Part shown: piece after piece, positions 38,152-47,668 of the stretch
Layout of the letters: each line of letters opens with the position of its first letter
Position numbering within the stretch: position 1 is the stretch's first letter
Program-made: the position numbers and the translations under genes
Notes under the pieces: model-generated
Told to the model about the DNA's origin: nothing
The model's database searches: none
Seen by the model: the letters and a program-made list of their open reading frames with translations, nothing else
Source: Gammaproteobacteria bacterium
GTDB lineage: Bacteria > Pseudomonadota > Gammaproteobacteria > SZUA-140
NCBI GenBank assembly: GCA_016124415.1
Contig: WGNS01000045.1
Span: 2,013 to 66,012, forward strand
Length of the DNA stretch: 64,000 nt
Direction: 5' to 3'

Positions 38152-39666
38152 ATGAAACAATCTCTGCAACTCAAGATCGGCCAACAATTGGCCATGACTC
38201 CTCAGCTGCAACAGGCCATTCGCCTGCTGCAGCTGTCTGCGCTTGATCTGACCGCGGAGATTCAGGAAAACCTCGAATCCAACCCGATGTTGGAGATCGA
38301 CGAGGAAGGGCACGAGCAGGAAGGCGAGAAGGGCCAAGAGGTATCCGGCGAGGGCGAGCACGAGCGAGTCAACGGCACCGAGCTTCGGGAGGAACAGATG
38401 GTCTCCGCCCCCGACGCGGAAACCGCGGCGGACAGCGCGATGGAGATGAACGGCACGTCCGAGGACATGCCGGTCGACAGCAGCTGGGAAGACGTCTACG
38501 AAAGCATCTTGCCGCCTTCGTCGTCCGCACAGGCGGGCGAAGGCGATGATCGTGATCTGGATGCGATGAACAGTCCCGACACGTCCTTGCGCGATCACCT
38601 GATGTGGCAATTGCAAATGACTTCGGTGAGCGATCGCGATCGCTCGATCGCCATGGCCATCATCGACGACATCGACGAGCGCGGTTATTTGACGACGCCG
38701 CTCGAAGAGATTCGCGCCGATGTGTCCGGCGACGATGAGATCGGGATGGACGAGGTCATGGCGGTATTGCACCTGGTCCAGAATTTTGATCCGGTCGGCG
38801 TCGCGGCCTGTGACCTTGCCGAATGCCTCCACCTGCAGTTGCAACAAAAGCCCGCGGATACCCCCTGGCTTCGACAGACCTGTGAACTGGTGCGGAACCA
38901 TCTCGATCTGGTCGGACGCCGCGATTACAAGACCCTGATGTCGAAACTCGGTTGCGACGAGGAAGGTCTGCGCGGCATGTTGAACCTGTTGCAGACGCTG
39001 AACCCAGCCCCCGGCGAGCAGATCGCCTCGCCGAAGACCGAATACATCGTGCCCGACGTCTATGTCTTCAAGGGCAACGGCGCCTGGCGGGTCGAGCTCA
39101 ACCTCGAGGCGATCCCGAGGATCCGCATCAACAGCAGTTACGCCTCGCTTGTACGCCAGGTCGAAAGTCCCAGCGACAACGAATACATGCGTCAACAGCT
39201 TCAGGAGGCGCGCTGGTTCGTGAAGAGCATCCAGAGTCGCAACGAGACCCTGCTTCGAGTGGCTCGGTTCATTGTCGATTTTCAGCAGAATTACTTCGAA
39301 TTCGGCGAGGAGGCGATGCGGCCCATGGTGCTCGCGGATGTTGCCGAGGCCGTGGAGATGCACGAGTCCACGATCTCGCGCGTGACGACGCGCAAATACA
39401 TGCATACGCCGCGTGGCATATTGGAGCTCAAATATTTCTTCTCCAGCCACGTCTCTACCTCGAGTGGCGGCGAGTGTTCCGCGACCGCCATCCGGGCCGT
39501 GATCAAAAAACTGATCGCAGCCGAAGACAGCAGGAAACCACTGAGTGACAGTAAGATTACGGCCATGTTGAGGGCGCAGGGTATCAATGTCGCCCGGCGT
39601 ACCGTGGCCAAATATCGAGAGGCGATGTCCATCCCGACATCGAGCGAGAGACGGCAAATGCTGTAA
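38152..39666 (+). CDS. rpoN: RNA polymerase sigma-54 factor RpoN
   Basis: MKQSLQLKIGQQLAMTPQLQQAIRLLQLS (region I), HESTISRVT, and the RpoN box ARRTVAKYRE. 504 aa. Confidence 0.95.
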   Translation: MKQSLQLKIGQQLAMTPQLQQAIRLLQLSALDLTAEIQENLESNPMLEIDEEGHEQEGEKGQEVSGEGEHERVNGTELREEQMVSAPDAETAADSAMEMNGTSEDMPVDSSWEDVYESILPPSSSAQAGEGDDRDLDAMNSPDTSLRDHLMWQLQMTSVSDRDRSIAMAIIDDIDERGYLTTPLEEIRADVSGDDEIGMDEVMAVLHLVQNFDPVGVAACDLAECLHLQLQQKPADTPWLRQTCELVRNHLDLVGRRDYKTLMSKLGCDEEGLRGMLNLLQTLNPAPGEQIASPKTEYIVPDVYVFKGNGAWRVELNLEAIPRIRINSSYASLVRQVESPSDNEYMRQQLQEARWFVKSIQSRNETLLRVARFIVDFQQNYFEFGEEAMRPMVLADVAEAVEMHESTISRVTTRKYMHTPRGILELKYFFSSHVSTSSGGECSATAIRAVIKKLIAAEDSRKPLSDSKITAMLRAQGINVARRTVAKYREAMSIPTSSERRQML

Positions 39667-39716
39667 GTTGTCGATCGCTCGCAAGACGGACCGTCGCCGT
39701 TGAAGGAAAGGTCTAT

Positions 39717-40211
39717 ATGAAGACGTTAATCAATAAAGCAAGAATTTCGTGTCAACGTGAAATCTCCAGCAAGAAACGCGCGCTGGAGATCTTGAGCGAG
39801 TTGCTCGCCGTCGACGGCAGTAGCTTGAGCGCGACCGAGATATTCTTTTGTCTCCTCGAACGCGAGCGTCTCGGCAGTACCGGGCTCGGGCACGGGGTAG
39901 GCATTCCCCACGGTCGGATCAAGGGACTGACGACGGCCAAGGCGGCGTTGCTTTGTCTACAGCGGGGCGTCGATTACGACAGCGTGGTGGACAATCAGCC
40001 GGTCGACATCATCATGGCCCTGCTTTTTCCGGAAGAATGCAGCGACCAGCATTTGAACATCCTGGCCAACGTCGCCAAGCTGTTCCATGACGAGGAGCGT
40101 TGTGCCCGCATCCGCGCGGCTACGACTCCGGATCTGGTCTACGAAGAGCTGCTCGGCGAGCAGATCGTCGATTTTCTGGACGATTCCACTCAGTCACAAG
40201 TCGGTAGCTAG
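39717..40211 (+). CDS. ptsN: PTS-Ntr EIIA protein PtsN
   Basis: ERERLGSTGLGHGVGIPHGR (phospho-His motif), 164 aa. Confidence 0.88.
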   Translation: MKTLINKARISCQREISSKKRALEILSELLAVDGSSLSATEIFFCLLERERLGSTGLGHGVGIPHGRIKGLTTAKAALLCLQRGVDYDSVVDNQPVDIIMALLFPEECSDQHLNILANVAKLFHDEERCARIRAATTPDLVYEELLGEQIVDFLDDSTQSQVGS

Positions 40212-40228
40212 GAGTCACCCGTTCGATT

Positions 40229-41194
40229 ATGACCAAGACCCAGTTGACCGCCGGCTCCGTCTACCTGCACCACGAGCAGCGGTTGGGTTTGCAATGGGTT
40301 TCCGGTCAGGCCGGCGCGGACCGGCCTTTGTTTGCCGATTCGGTTTCGGAGTCCGCGAGCGAAGTCGCCAGGGGGGCGCTGGTCGGGCACATGAACCTGA
40401 TCTATCCGAACCGGATTCAGGTATTGGGGCGCGTGGAGCAGGATTATCTCTCCCGGCTCGGCAAGAACTCGCGATCCGACGCACTCACGCTGCTGTTCGG
40501 TGCCGTGCCTGCCATGATCATCGTTTCCGACGGCGAAACCGTCGGCCGCGATCTGATCGATTACGCCGACCGGTCGGGGACGCCGTTGTTCCAGTCGTCG
40601 TTATCCACGGCGCAGCTCATCACCTTTTTGCAGTATGCGCTTTCCGAAGCGGTCGCGGACACCACCTTCGTTCACGGCGTGTTCATGGAGATCCTCGGTA
40701 TCGGCGTGCTGTTGACTGGTGAGAGCGGGATCGGCAAGAGCGAACTCGCGCTCGAGCTGATCAGCCGCAACCATCGCCTCGTGGCGGACGACGCGCCCGA
40801 GTTCCATCGCGTCGCGCCCGACATCCTGCGCGGGGTTTGCCCGGGCGTGCTCAGAGGCTATCTCGAAGTGCGCGGTCTCGGCGTCTTGAACATACGCGCC
40901 ATGTTCGGCGACAGCGCGATCAAGACCGCCAAGCGACTGAGTCTGGTCATCCATCTGCAACGCATGTCCGGCGAGGAGCTCGCCAAGGTCGATCGTCTTT
41001 GGGGCAGCCGCCAGAAACGCGTCATCCAGGACGTGGAAATCGATCAAATCACGATTCCGGTGGCGCCCGGACACAACATGGCCGTTTTGGCCGAGGGCGC
41101 GGTACGTAACCATATCCTGCTCGACAAGGGATACGACGCCGTACAGCATTTCATCGATCGCCAGGCAAAAACGCTCAAGGGTGATTCGGTATGA
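40229..41194 (+). CDS. hprK: HPr kinase/phosphorylase
   Basis: GVLLTGESGIGKSELALELI (P-loop) and LEVRGLGVLNI (HprK signature), 321 aa. Confidence 0.88.
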   Translation: MTKTQLTAGSVYLHHEQRLGLQWVSGQAGADRPLFADSVSESASEVARGALVGHMNLIYPNRIQVLGRVEQDYLSRLGKNSRSDALTLLFGAVPAMIIVSDGETVGRDLIDYADRSGTPLFQSSLSTAQLITFLQYALSEAVADTTFVHGVFMEILGIGVLLTGESGIGKSELALELISRNHRLVADDAPEFHRVAPDILRGVCPGVLRGYLEVRGLGVLNIRAMFGDSAIKTAKRLSLVIHLQRMSGEELAKVDRLWGSRQKRVIQDVEIDQITIPVAPGHNMAVLAEGAVRNHILLDKGYDAVQHFIDRQAKTLKGDSV

Positions 41195-42048
41195 GGTTCT
41201 TGGTCATAAGCGGACTGTCCGGTTCCGGAAAGAGTATTGCGCTGCAGTCGCTCGAGGATCTGGACTACTATTGTGTAGACAATCTGCCGCTCAATCTTCT
41301 GCTGGCGTTCGCGCAAACCCTCATGACGGCGGACCGGCTCGGTCACGAGTCGGTCGCGGTCGGTATCGATGCCCGCAACCTGAGCAGCGACATGGGCGAT
41401 TTTCCCGGCATCATGGAGGAGATCCGCAAACTCGGCTTCGAGTGCGAGGTCATCTTTCTCGAGGCCGGAGACGGCGTTCTCAAGAAGCGTTTCAGCGAGA
41501 CCAGGCGCAAACACCCGCTGACGGACGAACACACGTCCCTCGGCGAGGCCATCAAGGCGGAGCGCAAGCATCTTGAACTGATCGAAAAATGCGCGGACAT
41601 CCGTATCGATACCAGCCTCAGCAACGTCCATCAGTTGCGCGCCTTGATCCGGGATCATGTCCGCATCGGCACCAAGGCCCAGTTATCGCTCCAATTCATG
41701 TCCTTCGGATTCAAGCAGGGCGTGCCCGGCGACGTCGACTTCGTCTTCGACGTGCGCTGTCTGCCCAACCCCTATTGGGATCCCAAACTCAGGACGTTGC
41801 GCGGAACCGATCAGCCCGTCATCGATTTTCTGAACGTCCAGGCCAGCGTCAATCAGATGTTCGAGGATCTTTCCGGATTCCTGCAGCGTTGGATCCCGGC
41901 GTTCGACAAGGAAAACCGCAGTTACCTGAGCGTCGCCATCGGCTGCACGGGCGGCCAGCACCGTTCGGTCTATCTGGTCGAGCGCCTGGAGGCGCATTTT
42001 CGCTCCCAGAACAAACACGTCATCGTCCGCCACAGGGATATGCAATGA
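41191..42048 (+). CDS. rapZ: RNase adapter/nucleotide-binding protein RapZ (YhbJ)
   Basis: MRFLVISGLSGSGKSIALQSLEDLDYYCVDNLP and a C-terminal GCTGGQHRSV, 285 aa. Confidence 0.9.
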   Translation: MRFLVISGLSGSGKSIALQSLEDLDYYCVDNLPLNLLLAFAQTLMTADRLGHESVAVGIDARNLSSDMGDFPGIMEEIRKLGFECEVIFLEAGDGVLKKRFSETRRKHPLTDEHTSLGEAIKAERKHLELIEKCADIRIDTSLSNVHQLRALIRDHVRIGTKAQLSLQFMSFGFKQGVPGDVDFVFDVRCLPNPYWDPKLRTLRGTDQPVIDFLNVQASVNQMFEDLSGFLQRWIPAFDKENRSYLSVAIGCTGGQHRSVYLVERLEAHFRSQNKHVIVRHRDMQ

Positions 42049-42455
42049 GCGTAGGCGTGCTGTTGGCGATGCATCGGGGCATGGGCGAGGCCATGCTCGC
42101 GACCGTCAGCGAGATCTTCGGCAGGACGCCCGACAACGTTCGCGTGGTTTCCGCCGACTCCGACGACACGATGACCTTGGCGCGCAACCTCCAGGAAGCA
42201 TTGGCCGAGGTGGATCACGGCGACGGCGTCGTCATCCTGAGCGATCTTTATGGCGCGACGCCGTGCAACGTCGCGGTCCGGATCGGCCGCGAGGCCAACG
42301 TGCCGGTGCTGACAGGCGCCAATCTGCCGATGCTGATCCGTTTGCTGAACTATCCCGACCTCGAACTGCCGGCCGTGCTCGACAAGGTCAGTCACGCCGG
42401 TCGCGATGCGGTCATGCTGATTCGTCCGGGGTTCGATCCCGAGGGCGTTGACTGA
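42045..42455 (+). CDS. PTS EIIA component, mannose/fructose family
   Basis: GVLLAMHRGMGEAM (His-containing N-terminus) and ILSDLYGATPCN, 136 aa. The ATG overlaps the rapZ stop. Confidence 0.75.
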   Translation: MSVGVLLAMHRGMGEAMLATVSEIFGRTPDNVRVVSADSDDTMTLARNLQEALAEVDHGDGVVILSDLYGATPCNVAVRIGREANVPVLTGANLPMLIRLLNYPDLELPAVLDKVSHAGRDAVMLIRPGFDPEGVD

Positions 42456-42507
42456 GGTGTTGACGATGGTATACCCGAACATGATGATCCGGAGGGAAAA
42501 CGGTTAG

Positions 42508-42774
42508 ATGCAGACGGCCAAAGTCAAGATCGTCAATCGGCTCGGGCTGCACGCGCGCGCCGCGGCGAATTTCGTCTCTCGGGCCTCTGCACATCCCTGT
42601 GACGTTCGGCTCCAGCGCGGAGGTCGTCACGTCAACGGCAAGAGCATCATGGGCGTCATGATGCTCGCGGCCGCCTGTGGCATGGAGATCGAGATCGTCA
42701 CCGAGGGTGAGGGCGAGGAGTTGGCCATCGAGGATTTGTGCGAACTTGTGGCGAACGGTTTTGGAGAAATATAG
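42508..42774 (+). CDS. ptsH: Phosphocarrier protein HPr/NPr
   Basis: IVNRLGLHARAAANFV (His-15 motif) and GKSIMGVMML (Ser-46 region), 88 aa. Confidence 0.9.
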   Translation: MQTAKVKIVNRLGLHARAAANFVSRASAHPCDVRLQRGGRHVNGKSIMGVMMLAAACGMEIEIVTEGEGEELAIEDLCELVANGFGEI

Positions 42775-42794
42775 ATGTGTGAGGTGGGCGACGC

Positions 42795-44537
42795 ATGACT
42801 CTGGTCCTCGGCGGCACGCCGGTCTCCCGCGGTATCCTGATCGCGCCTGCGGTCGTGCTTCAGCGCGACCGGCTGGACGTGCGCGAGGTCCGGATTCCGC
42901 CTGAGGCCGTGGCCGGCGAGGTTTCGCGTTACGAAAAGGCGTTGCGTGAAACGCACAAGCAACTCCGCGCGATCCGCAAGCGTATTCCTTCCCAAACGCC
43001 GGACGAGATCGCGGCATTTATCGACGCTCATCTCCTGATGCTGGCCGACAAGGCCCTGTCCGACGTCCCGGTCAAAACGATCACCGAGCAACATTGCAAC
43101 GCCGAGTGGGCTTTGCAATTGCAGCGTGACGGTCTGGTCGCGGTCTTCGATGCGATGGACGATCCCTATCTGAGAACCCGCCGGGACGACGTCGACTACG
43201 TCGTGCATAAAATCCTACAGAACCTCCTGAACATTTCGGGCAACCAGTACAAGGACCCGGACGGTCGGTTGGCGAGCTGTATTTTGATCACCGACGATAT
43301 ATCGGCCGAAGAGGTCATGACGTTCCACGGTATGGGCGTGGCCGGACTCATCACCGAACAGGGCGGCGCGCATTCGCATGCCGCGATCCTGGCGCGCAGT
43401 CTCGGCATACCGGTCGTGGCGGGCGCGCATTGGGCGCGGCGTTATCTGCGCGACGGCGATACGATCGTGCTCGACGGCTTGCGCGGACTGATCCTGGCGT
43501 CGCCGTCGGAGGTCGAGCTCGATTATTTCCGGCGCCGGCAGTCCGAGATCGTGGACTATGTCCGCCGCCTGGATGTCGTGCGCTCCGCGCCGGCCCTGTC
43601 CATGGATGGTTGCACCATCAGACTCATGGCCAACGTCGAACTGCCTGAGGACATCCAGGCTGCCGAAGAGGTCAACGCCGAGGGCATCGGCCTTTACCGT
43701 ACGGAGATACTCTACCTCCAGCAGACGTCGGTTCCCGAAGAGGAATTCCAGTATCTGATCTACAAGGACGCCGCGCGCATCCTCAACGGCAAGCCACTGA
43801 CGATCCGCACCCTGGATTTGGGCGGAGACAAATGTCTGCGCGACAACGAAGAGGCGCAGGCGAATAAATGCAATCCCGCTCTCGGCCTGCGCGCCGTGCG
43901 GCTGAGCCTGCGCGAGCAGGATGCGTTTGCCCATCAGTTGCGCGCTATTCTGCGAGTTTCCGCCGAGGGCCCGGTGCGTTTGATGCTGCCGATGCTGACC
44001 TCGCTCGAGGAGCTGTTCCGGATCAAGACGTTGCTCGACGAGCAGCGCCAGATCCTCCGCGCGCGCGGCGTGCCGTTCGATGAACACATGCAGGTCGGCG
44101 GCATGATCGAAGTGCCGGCTGCCGCGATCATCGCCGATCAGTTCGCGCGCCATCTGGATTTTCTGTCGATCGGCACCAACGATCTCGTGCAATACACGCT
44201 GGCCGTGGACCGCATGGACGAGGACGTCGACTATCTGTACAACCCGCTGCATCCTTCCGTGCTGCGTCTGCTCAAGATGACGATCGACGCGGGGCGCAAG
44301 GCGGGGATACCGGTGGCCATGTGCGGCGAAATTGCGGGCGATACCCGATTTACGCGACTGCTGCTCGGGTTGGGGCTGCGGGAATTCAGCATGTACCCGG
44401 CGACCTTGCTCGAGGTCAAGGACGTGATCGCGCACAGCGATATCGCCCATTTGGAACAACGCCTGCAGGTGCTCGATCAACTCGCGACGGCCGAAGAGGT
44501 GCTGTCCTTCGTCGCGAGCCTCAATGCCGAGTCCTGA
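42795..44537 (+). CDS. ptsI: Phosphoenolpyruvate-protein phosphotransferase (Enzyme I, no GAF domain)
   Basis: TEQGGAHSHAAILARSLGIPVV (active-site His), GLYRTEILY and SIGTNDLVQYTLAVDR, 580 aa. Confidence 0.92.
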   Translation: MTLVLGGTPVSRGILIAPAVVLQRDRLDVREVRIPPEAVAGEVSRYEKALRETHKQLRAIRKRIPSQTPDEIAAFIDAHLLMLADKALSDVPVKTITEQHCNAEWALQLQRDGLVAVFDAMDDPYLRTRRDDVDYVVHKILQNLLNISGNQYKDPDGRLASCILITDDISAEEVMTFHGMGVAGLITEQGGAHSHAAILARSLGIPVVAGAHWARRYLRDGDTIVLDGLRGLILASPSEVELDYFRRRQSEIVDYVRRLDVVRSAPALSMDGCTIRLMANVELPEDIQAAEEVNAEGIGLYRTEILYLQQTSVPEEEFQYLIYKDAARILNGKPLTIRTLDLGGDKCLRDNEEAQANKCNPALGLRAVRLSLREQDAFAHQLRAILRVSAEGPVRLMLPMLTSLEELFRIKTLLDEQRQILRARGVPFDEHMQVGGMIEVPAAAIIADQFARHLDFLSIGTNDLVQYTLAVDRMDEDVDYLYNPLHPSVLRLLKMTIDAGRKAGIPVAMCGEIAGDTRFTRLLLGLGLREFSMYPATLLEVKDVIAHSDIAHLEQRLQVLDQLATAEEVLSFVASLNAES

Positions 44538-44745
44538 TCTCCGCCGCCTGTTTTCGGGCGCATAGACCTTCCCTGACGCGGCTACGCGCGTGGCGCGTTC
44601 GACAGGCCACGCAACATAGCATAAACTGCGACGTCGTCTTACCGGTGGTCCCATCCTGCGTGGCGCCGCCGCTATAGATACATGACTTAGGGTTCGGGGA
44701 TCTCCGCTCGATCGAGGGCTCCCTTTGGCGCTCCAGGAGTAAGAG

Positions 44746-46107
44746 ATGTCGCTTTCGGTCGCAGGCAAAGAGACTCACGAACGTCGTCTACACGCGTTCA
44801 AGCACGCCCTGGAACAGGGTGCGCTCTCGAACCTGCGCCAGATGATCAACGGTCTCCACCCGGCCGAGGTCGCCCATCTTCTGGAATCCTTCCCCGTCGA
44901 GGAGCGCGAGCTGCTCTGGGAAATGGTCGACCCGGAGAAGGACGGCGACGTCCTGCTCTACGTCAACGACGAGGTGCGCGCCAGCCTGATCCGAGAGATG
45001 GGCCATCAGGAGCTCGTTGCCGCCGCCGAAGGTCTCGACACCGACGACCTCGCCGATTTTCTTCAGGACCTGCCCGACGTCGTCATCAAGGAGGTCCTGC
45101 AGTCCCTCAACGATCAAAACCGCCAGCGTCTCGAGTCCGTCCTCTCCTATCCGGACGACACGGCCGGCGGCCTCATGAACACCGATACGATTACGGTTCG
45201 CCCCGACGTGACGCTGGACGTGGTCCTGCGCTATTTGCGCATGCGGAGCGAGTTGCCCGAGGCGACGGACCGGCTCTACGTCGTCGATCGCGGTGACCGC
45301 TATCTCGGCGCGCTGTCCCTGTCGGCCCTGCTGACGAGACCCGAAGACCAGATCGTCGCCCAGGTCATGGACCGCGGCATCAACGCCATTCCGGCGCATT
45401 TGTCCGAGCGCGAGGTCGCGAGCCTGTTCGAAAAGCGCGACCTGGTGTCCGCGCCCGTGATCGACGAGCAGGGCAAGCTCATCGGCCGTATCACCGTCGA
45501 CGACGTCGTCGACGTCATCCGCGACGAGGCCGACCACTCGCTCATGAGCATGGCCGGTCTGGACGAGGAGGACGACATGTTCGCGCCGGTCATGGTCAGC
45601 GCCAGGAGTCGCGCGATCTGGCTCGGCATCAACCTGGCCACGGCCTTCCTGGCGTCCTGGGTCATTGGTTTGTTCGAGAACACCCTGAGCCGGTTCGTCG
45701 CGCTCGCGGTCCTGATGCCGATCGTGGCCAGCATGGGCGGCATCGCCGGCAGCCAGACGCTGACGCTTGTGATCCGTGGACTCGCATTGGGCCGCGTGGG
45801 TTCGGCGAACGCCCGCCGTTTGCTCTTCAAGGAGCTTGCCGTGGGGCTGTTGAACGGGCTGCTGTGGGCCTTGGTCGTGGCTGCGATCGCGATCCTCTGG
45901 TTCGACGACTACCGGATCGGCGCGATTATCGGCACCGCTATCGTCGTGAACCTGCTGTTTGCCGCCTTCTCGGGGGCGGTGATTCCCTTGTTGCTGCGCC
46001 GCTTCGGCGCCGACCCGGCACTCGGCGGCAGCGTCATGCTGACGACCGTGACCGACGTAGTCGGCTTCATGGCCTTCCTCGGATTAGCGACGATCTTCCT
46101 TCGCTGA
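44746..46107 (+). CDS. mgtE: Magnesium transporter MgtE
   Basis: HPAEVAHLLE, CBS pair, and the C-terminal transmembrane module PIVASMGGIAGSQT...TTVTDVVGF. 453 aa. Confidence 0.92.
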   Translation: MSLSVAGKETHERRLHAFKHALEQGALSNLRQMINGLHPAEVAHLLESFPVEERELLWEMVDPEKDGDVLLYVNDEVRASLIREMGHQELVAAAEGLDTDDLADFLQDLPDVVIKEVLQSLNDQNRQRLESVLSYPDDTAGGLMNTDTITVRPDVTLDVVLRYLRMRSELPEATDRLYVVDRGDRYLGALSLSALLTRPEDQIVAQVMDRGINAIPAHLSEREVASLFEKRDLVSAPVIDEQGKLIGRITVDDVVDVIRDEADHSLMSMAGLDEEDDMFAPVMVSARSRAIWLGINLATAFLASWVIGLFENTLSRFVALAVLMPIVASMGGIAGSQTLTLVIRGLALGRVGSANARRLLFKELAVGLLNGLLWALVVAAIAILWFDDYRIGAIIGTAIVVNLLFAAFSGAVIPLLLRRFGADPALGGSVMLTTVTDVVGFMAFLGLATIFLR

Positions 46108-46650
46108 GGCGCGGATCAGCGCCTTGAGCTCGCCAAGGGCCGTCTTGAAGTCGTCATTGATGACGCAATAGTCGTATTCACCGGCGTGCGACATCTCTTC
46201 GTCCGCCTGGCGCATCCGTCGTGCGATGACGGCCTCGTCATCCTGTCCGCGTGAACGCAGGCGTTCCTCGAGTACGGCCTTCGACGGTGGGTTGATGTAG
46301 ATCGTGACTGCGTCCGGGCACATTTTCCGTACCTGCTGTGCGCCCTGCCAGTCGATCTCCAAAATCACGTTCCTGCCTGCCGCCATCTGGTCTTCGACCG
46401 ATTGCCGGGTCGTGCCGTAAGCGTTGTCGAACACGCGGGCGTATTCGAGGAAGGCGCCCGCGTCGACGAGTTCGTTGAAACGTTCCTGGGAGACGAAATG
46501 GTAATCGCGCCCGTCCTGTTCCCCGGGGCGGGGCGCGCGCGTCGTGTGAGAGACCGAGACCACCACGTCATCCATATCGTTGATGAGCGCGCGCACGAGA
46601 CTGGTCTTACCGGCGCCCGACGGCGCCGATACGATGAACAATTTTCCCAT
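46084..46650 (-). CDS. gmk: Guanylate kinase
   Basis: LFIVSAPSGAGKTSLVRAL and VSHTTRAPRPGEQDGRDYHFV, 188 aa. The 3' end overlaps the mgtE 3' end by 24 nt. Confidence 0.92.
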   Translation of the reverse strand: MGKLFIVSAPSGAGKTSLVRALINDMDDVVVSVSHTTRAPRPGEQDGRDYHFVSQERFNELVDAGAFLEYARVFDNAYGTTRQSVEDQMAAGRNVILEIDWQGAQQVRKMCPDAVTIYINPPSKAVLEERLRSRGQDDEAVIARRMRQADEEMSHAGEYDYCVINDDFKTALGELKALIRASAKEDRR

Positions 46651-46653
46651 TGG

Positions 46654-47529
46654 TTACTCCACGTTCTGGATCTGTTCCCGCATCTGTTCGATGACGACCT
46701 TGAGCTCGAGCGCCACGCGGGTCAGCCGCATGTCCTGCGACTTCGATGCCAGCGTGTTCGCCTCGCGATTGAGTTCCTGCATCAGGAAATCCAAACGCCG
46801 GCCGACCGGTTCGTCGGCGTCGAGCAGGCGCTGGACCTCCTCAACGTGCAGATCGACGCGGTCGAGTTCCTCGTGGACGTCCGTGCGTTGCGCGATGACG
46901 GCGATCTCTTGTTCCAGTCTGCCTTCATCGAGGCGGGCGCTAAGTTCGTCGAGACGCTCGCGAAGCCTCTTGCGCTGGCCGTCGACGATCTCCGGCAGGA
47001 CCGTCCGAAGTCCCGCGACCTCATCGAGGACGATCTGGCAGCGTGAGGCCAACAGGGGATGGATCTTTTCGCCCTCGGTGTTCCGGGCCGTGCAGAAACC
47101 GTCCAGCACCTTGCCGAAAAGCTTCCGTGCGGCGTCCTTCGCCGCTTTGAGGTCCGCGGTATCGGCCTCGATCAGGCCGGGCCAGCCAAGCAGATCCATC
47201 GGATTGACGGCAATCGTCCGGTTCGGGCGGTTGCCCAATAGGTCCTCGATCCGACGAACCGCGGCCAGCAACTGTTCGAGTCTGGTCTCGTCCAGGCGGA
47301 GCGGGTGCTCGCCCGGGGCGGGGGGCTTGTACTTGAGCGCGCACTCGCACTTGCCACGGCGGATTCGCGCCCCGATCCGGTCGCGGACGACCGGCTCAAG
47401 GTCGCGGAATTCGTCGGGCAGGCGGACGGAAATATCGAGGAAACGGTGATTGACGCTGCGCAGTTCCCACGACAACACGCCGTAGGGCCCTTGTTCCTCC
47501 AGGCTCGAAAAGGCCGTCATGCTGTACAT
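46654..47529 (-). CDS. yicC: YicC-family stress-induced protein
   Basis: MTAF...WELRSVNHRFLD and the C-terminal QELNREANTLASKS signature, 291 aa. Confidence 0.88.
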   Translation of the reverse strand: MYSMTAFSSLEEQGPYGVLSWELRSVNHRFLDISVRLPDEFRDLEPVVRDRIGARIRRGKCECALKYKPPAPGEHPLRLDETRLEQLLAAVRRIEDLLGNRPNRTIAVNPMDLLGWPGLIEADTADLKAAKDAARKLFGKVLDGFCTARNTEGEKIHPLLASRCQIVLDEVAGLRTVLPEIVDGQRKRLRERLDELSARLDEGRLEQEIAVIAQRTDVHEELDRVDLHVEEVQRLLDADEPVGRRLDFLMQELNREANTLASKSQDMRLTRVALELKVVIEQMREQIQNVE

Positions 47530-47668
47530 GGCGTGTCTCGGGTTGGTGTCATGGGCGTATTCTAGACGCTTTGGGGTCGGCTGTCTGCGTGACCGACCAC
47601 GCGCGCTTTAAGTCGCTGATGTGTTGGCCGATAAGGGATAGGCGAACTATATCCGAACGGGAAAAAGG

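Noticed and set aside
44538-44745. The 208-nt mgtE leader, considered as an M-box (ykoK) Mg2+ riboswitch.
   Set aside because: I could not find the conserved M-box core sequences or the multi-helix layout. There are only generic hairpins (gcgtggc...gccacgc). A covariance-model scan (Rfam RF00380) would settle it.
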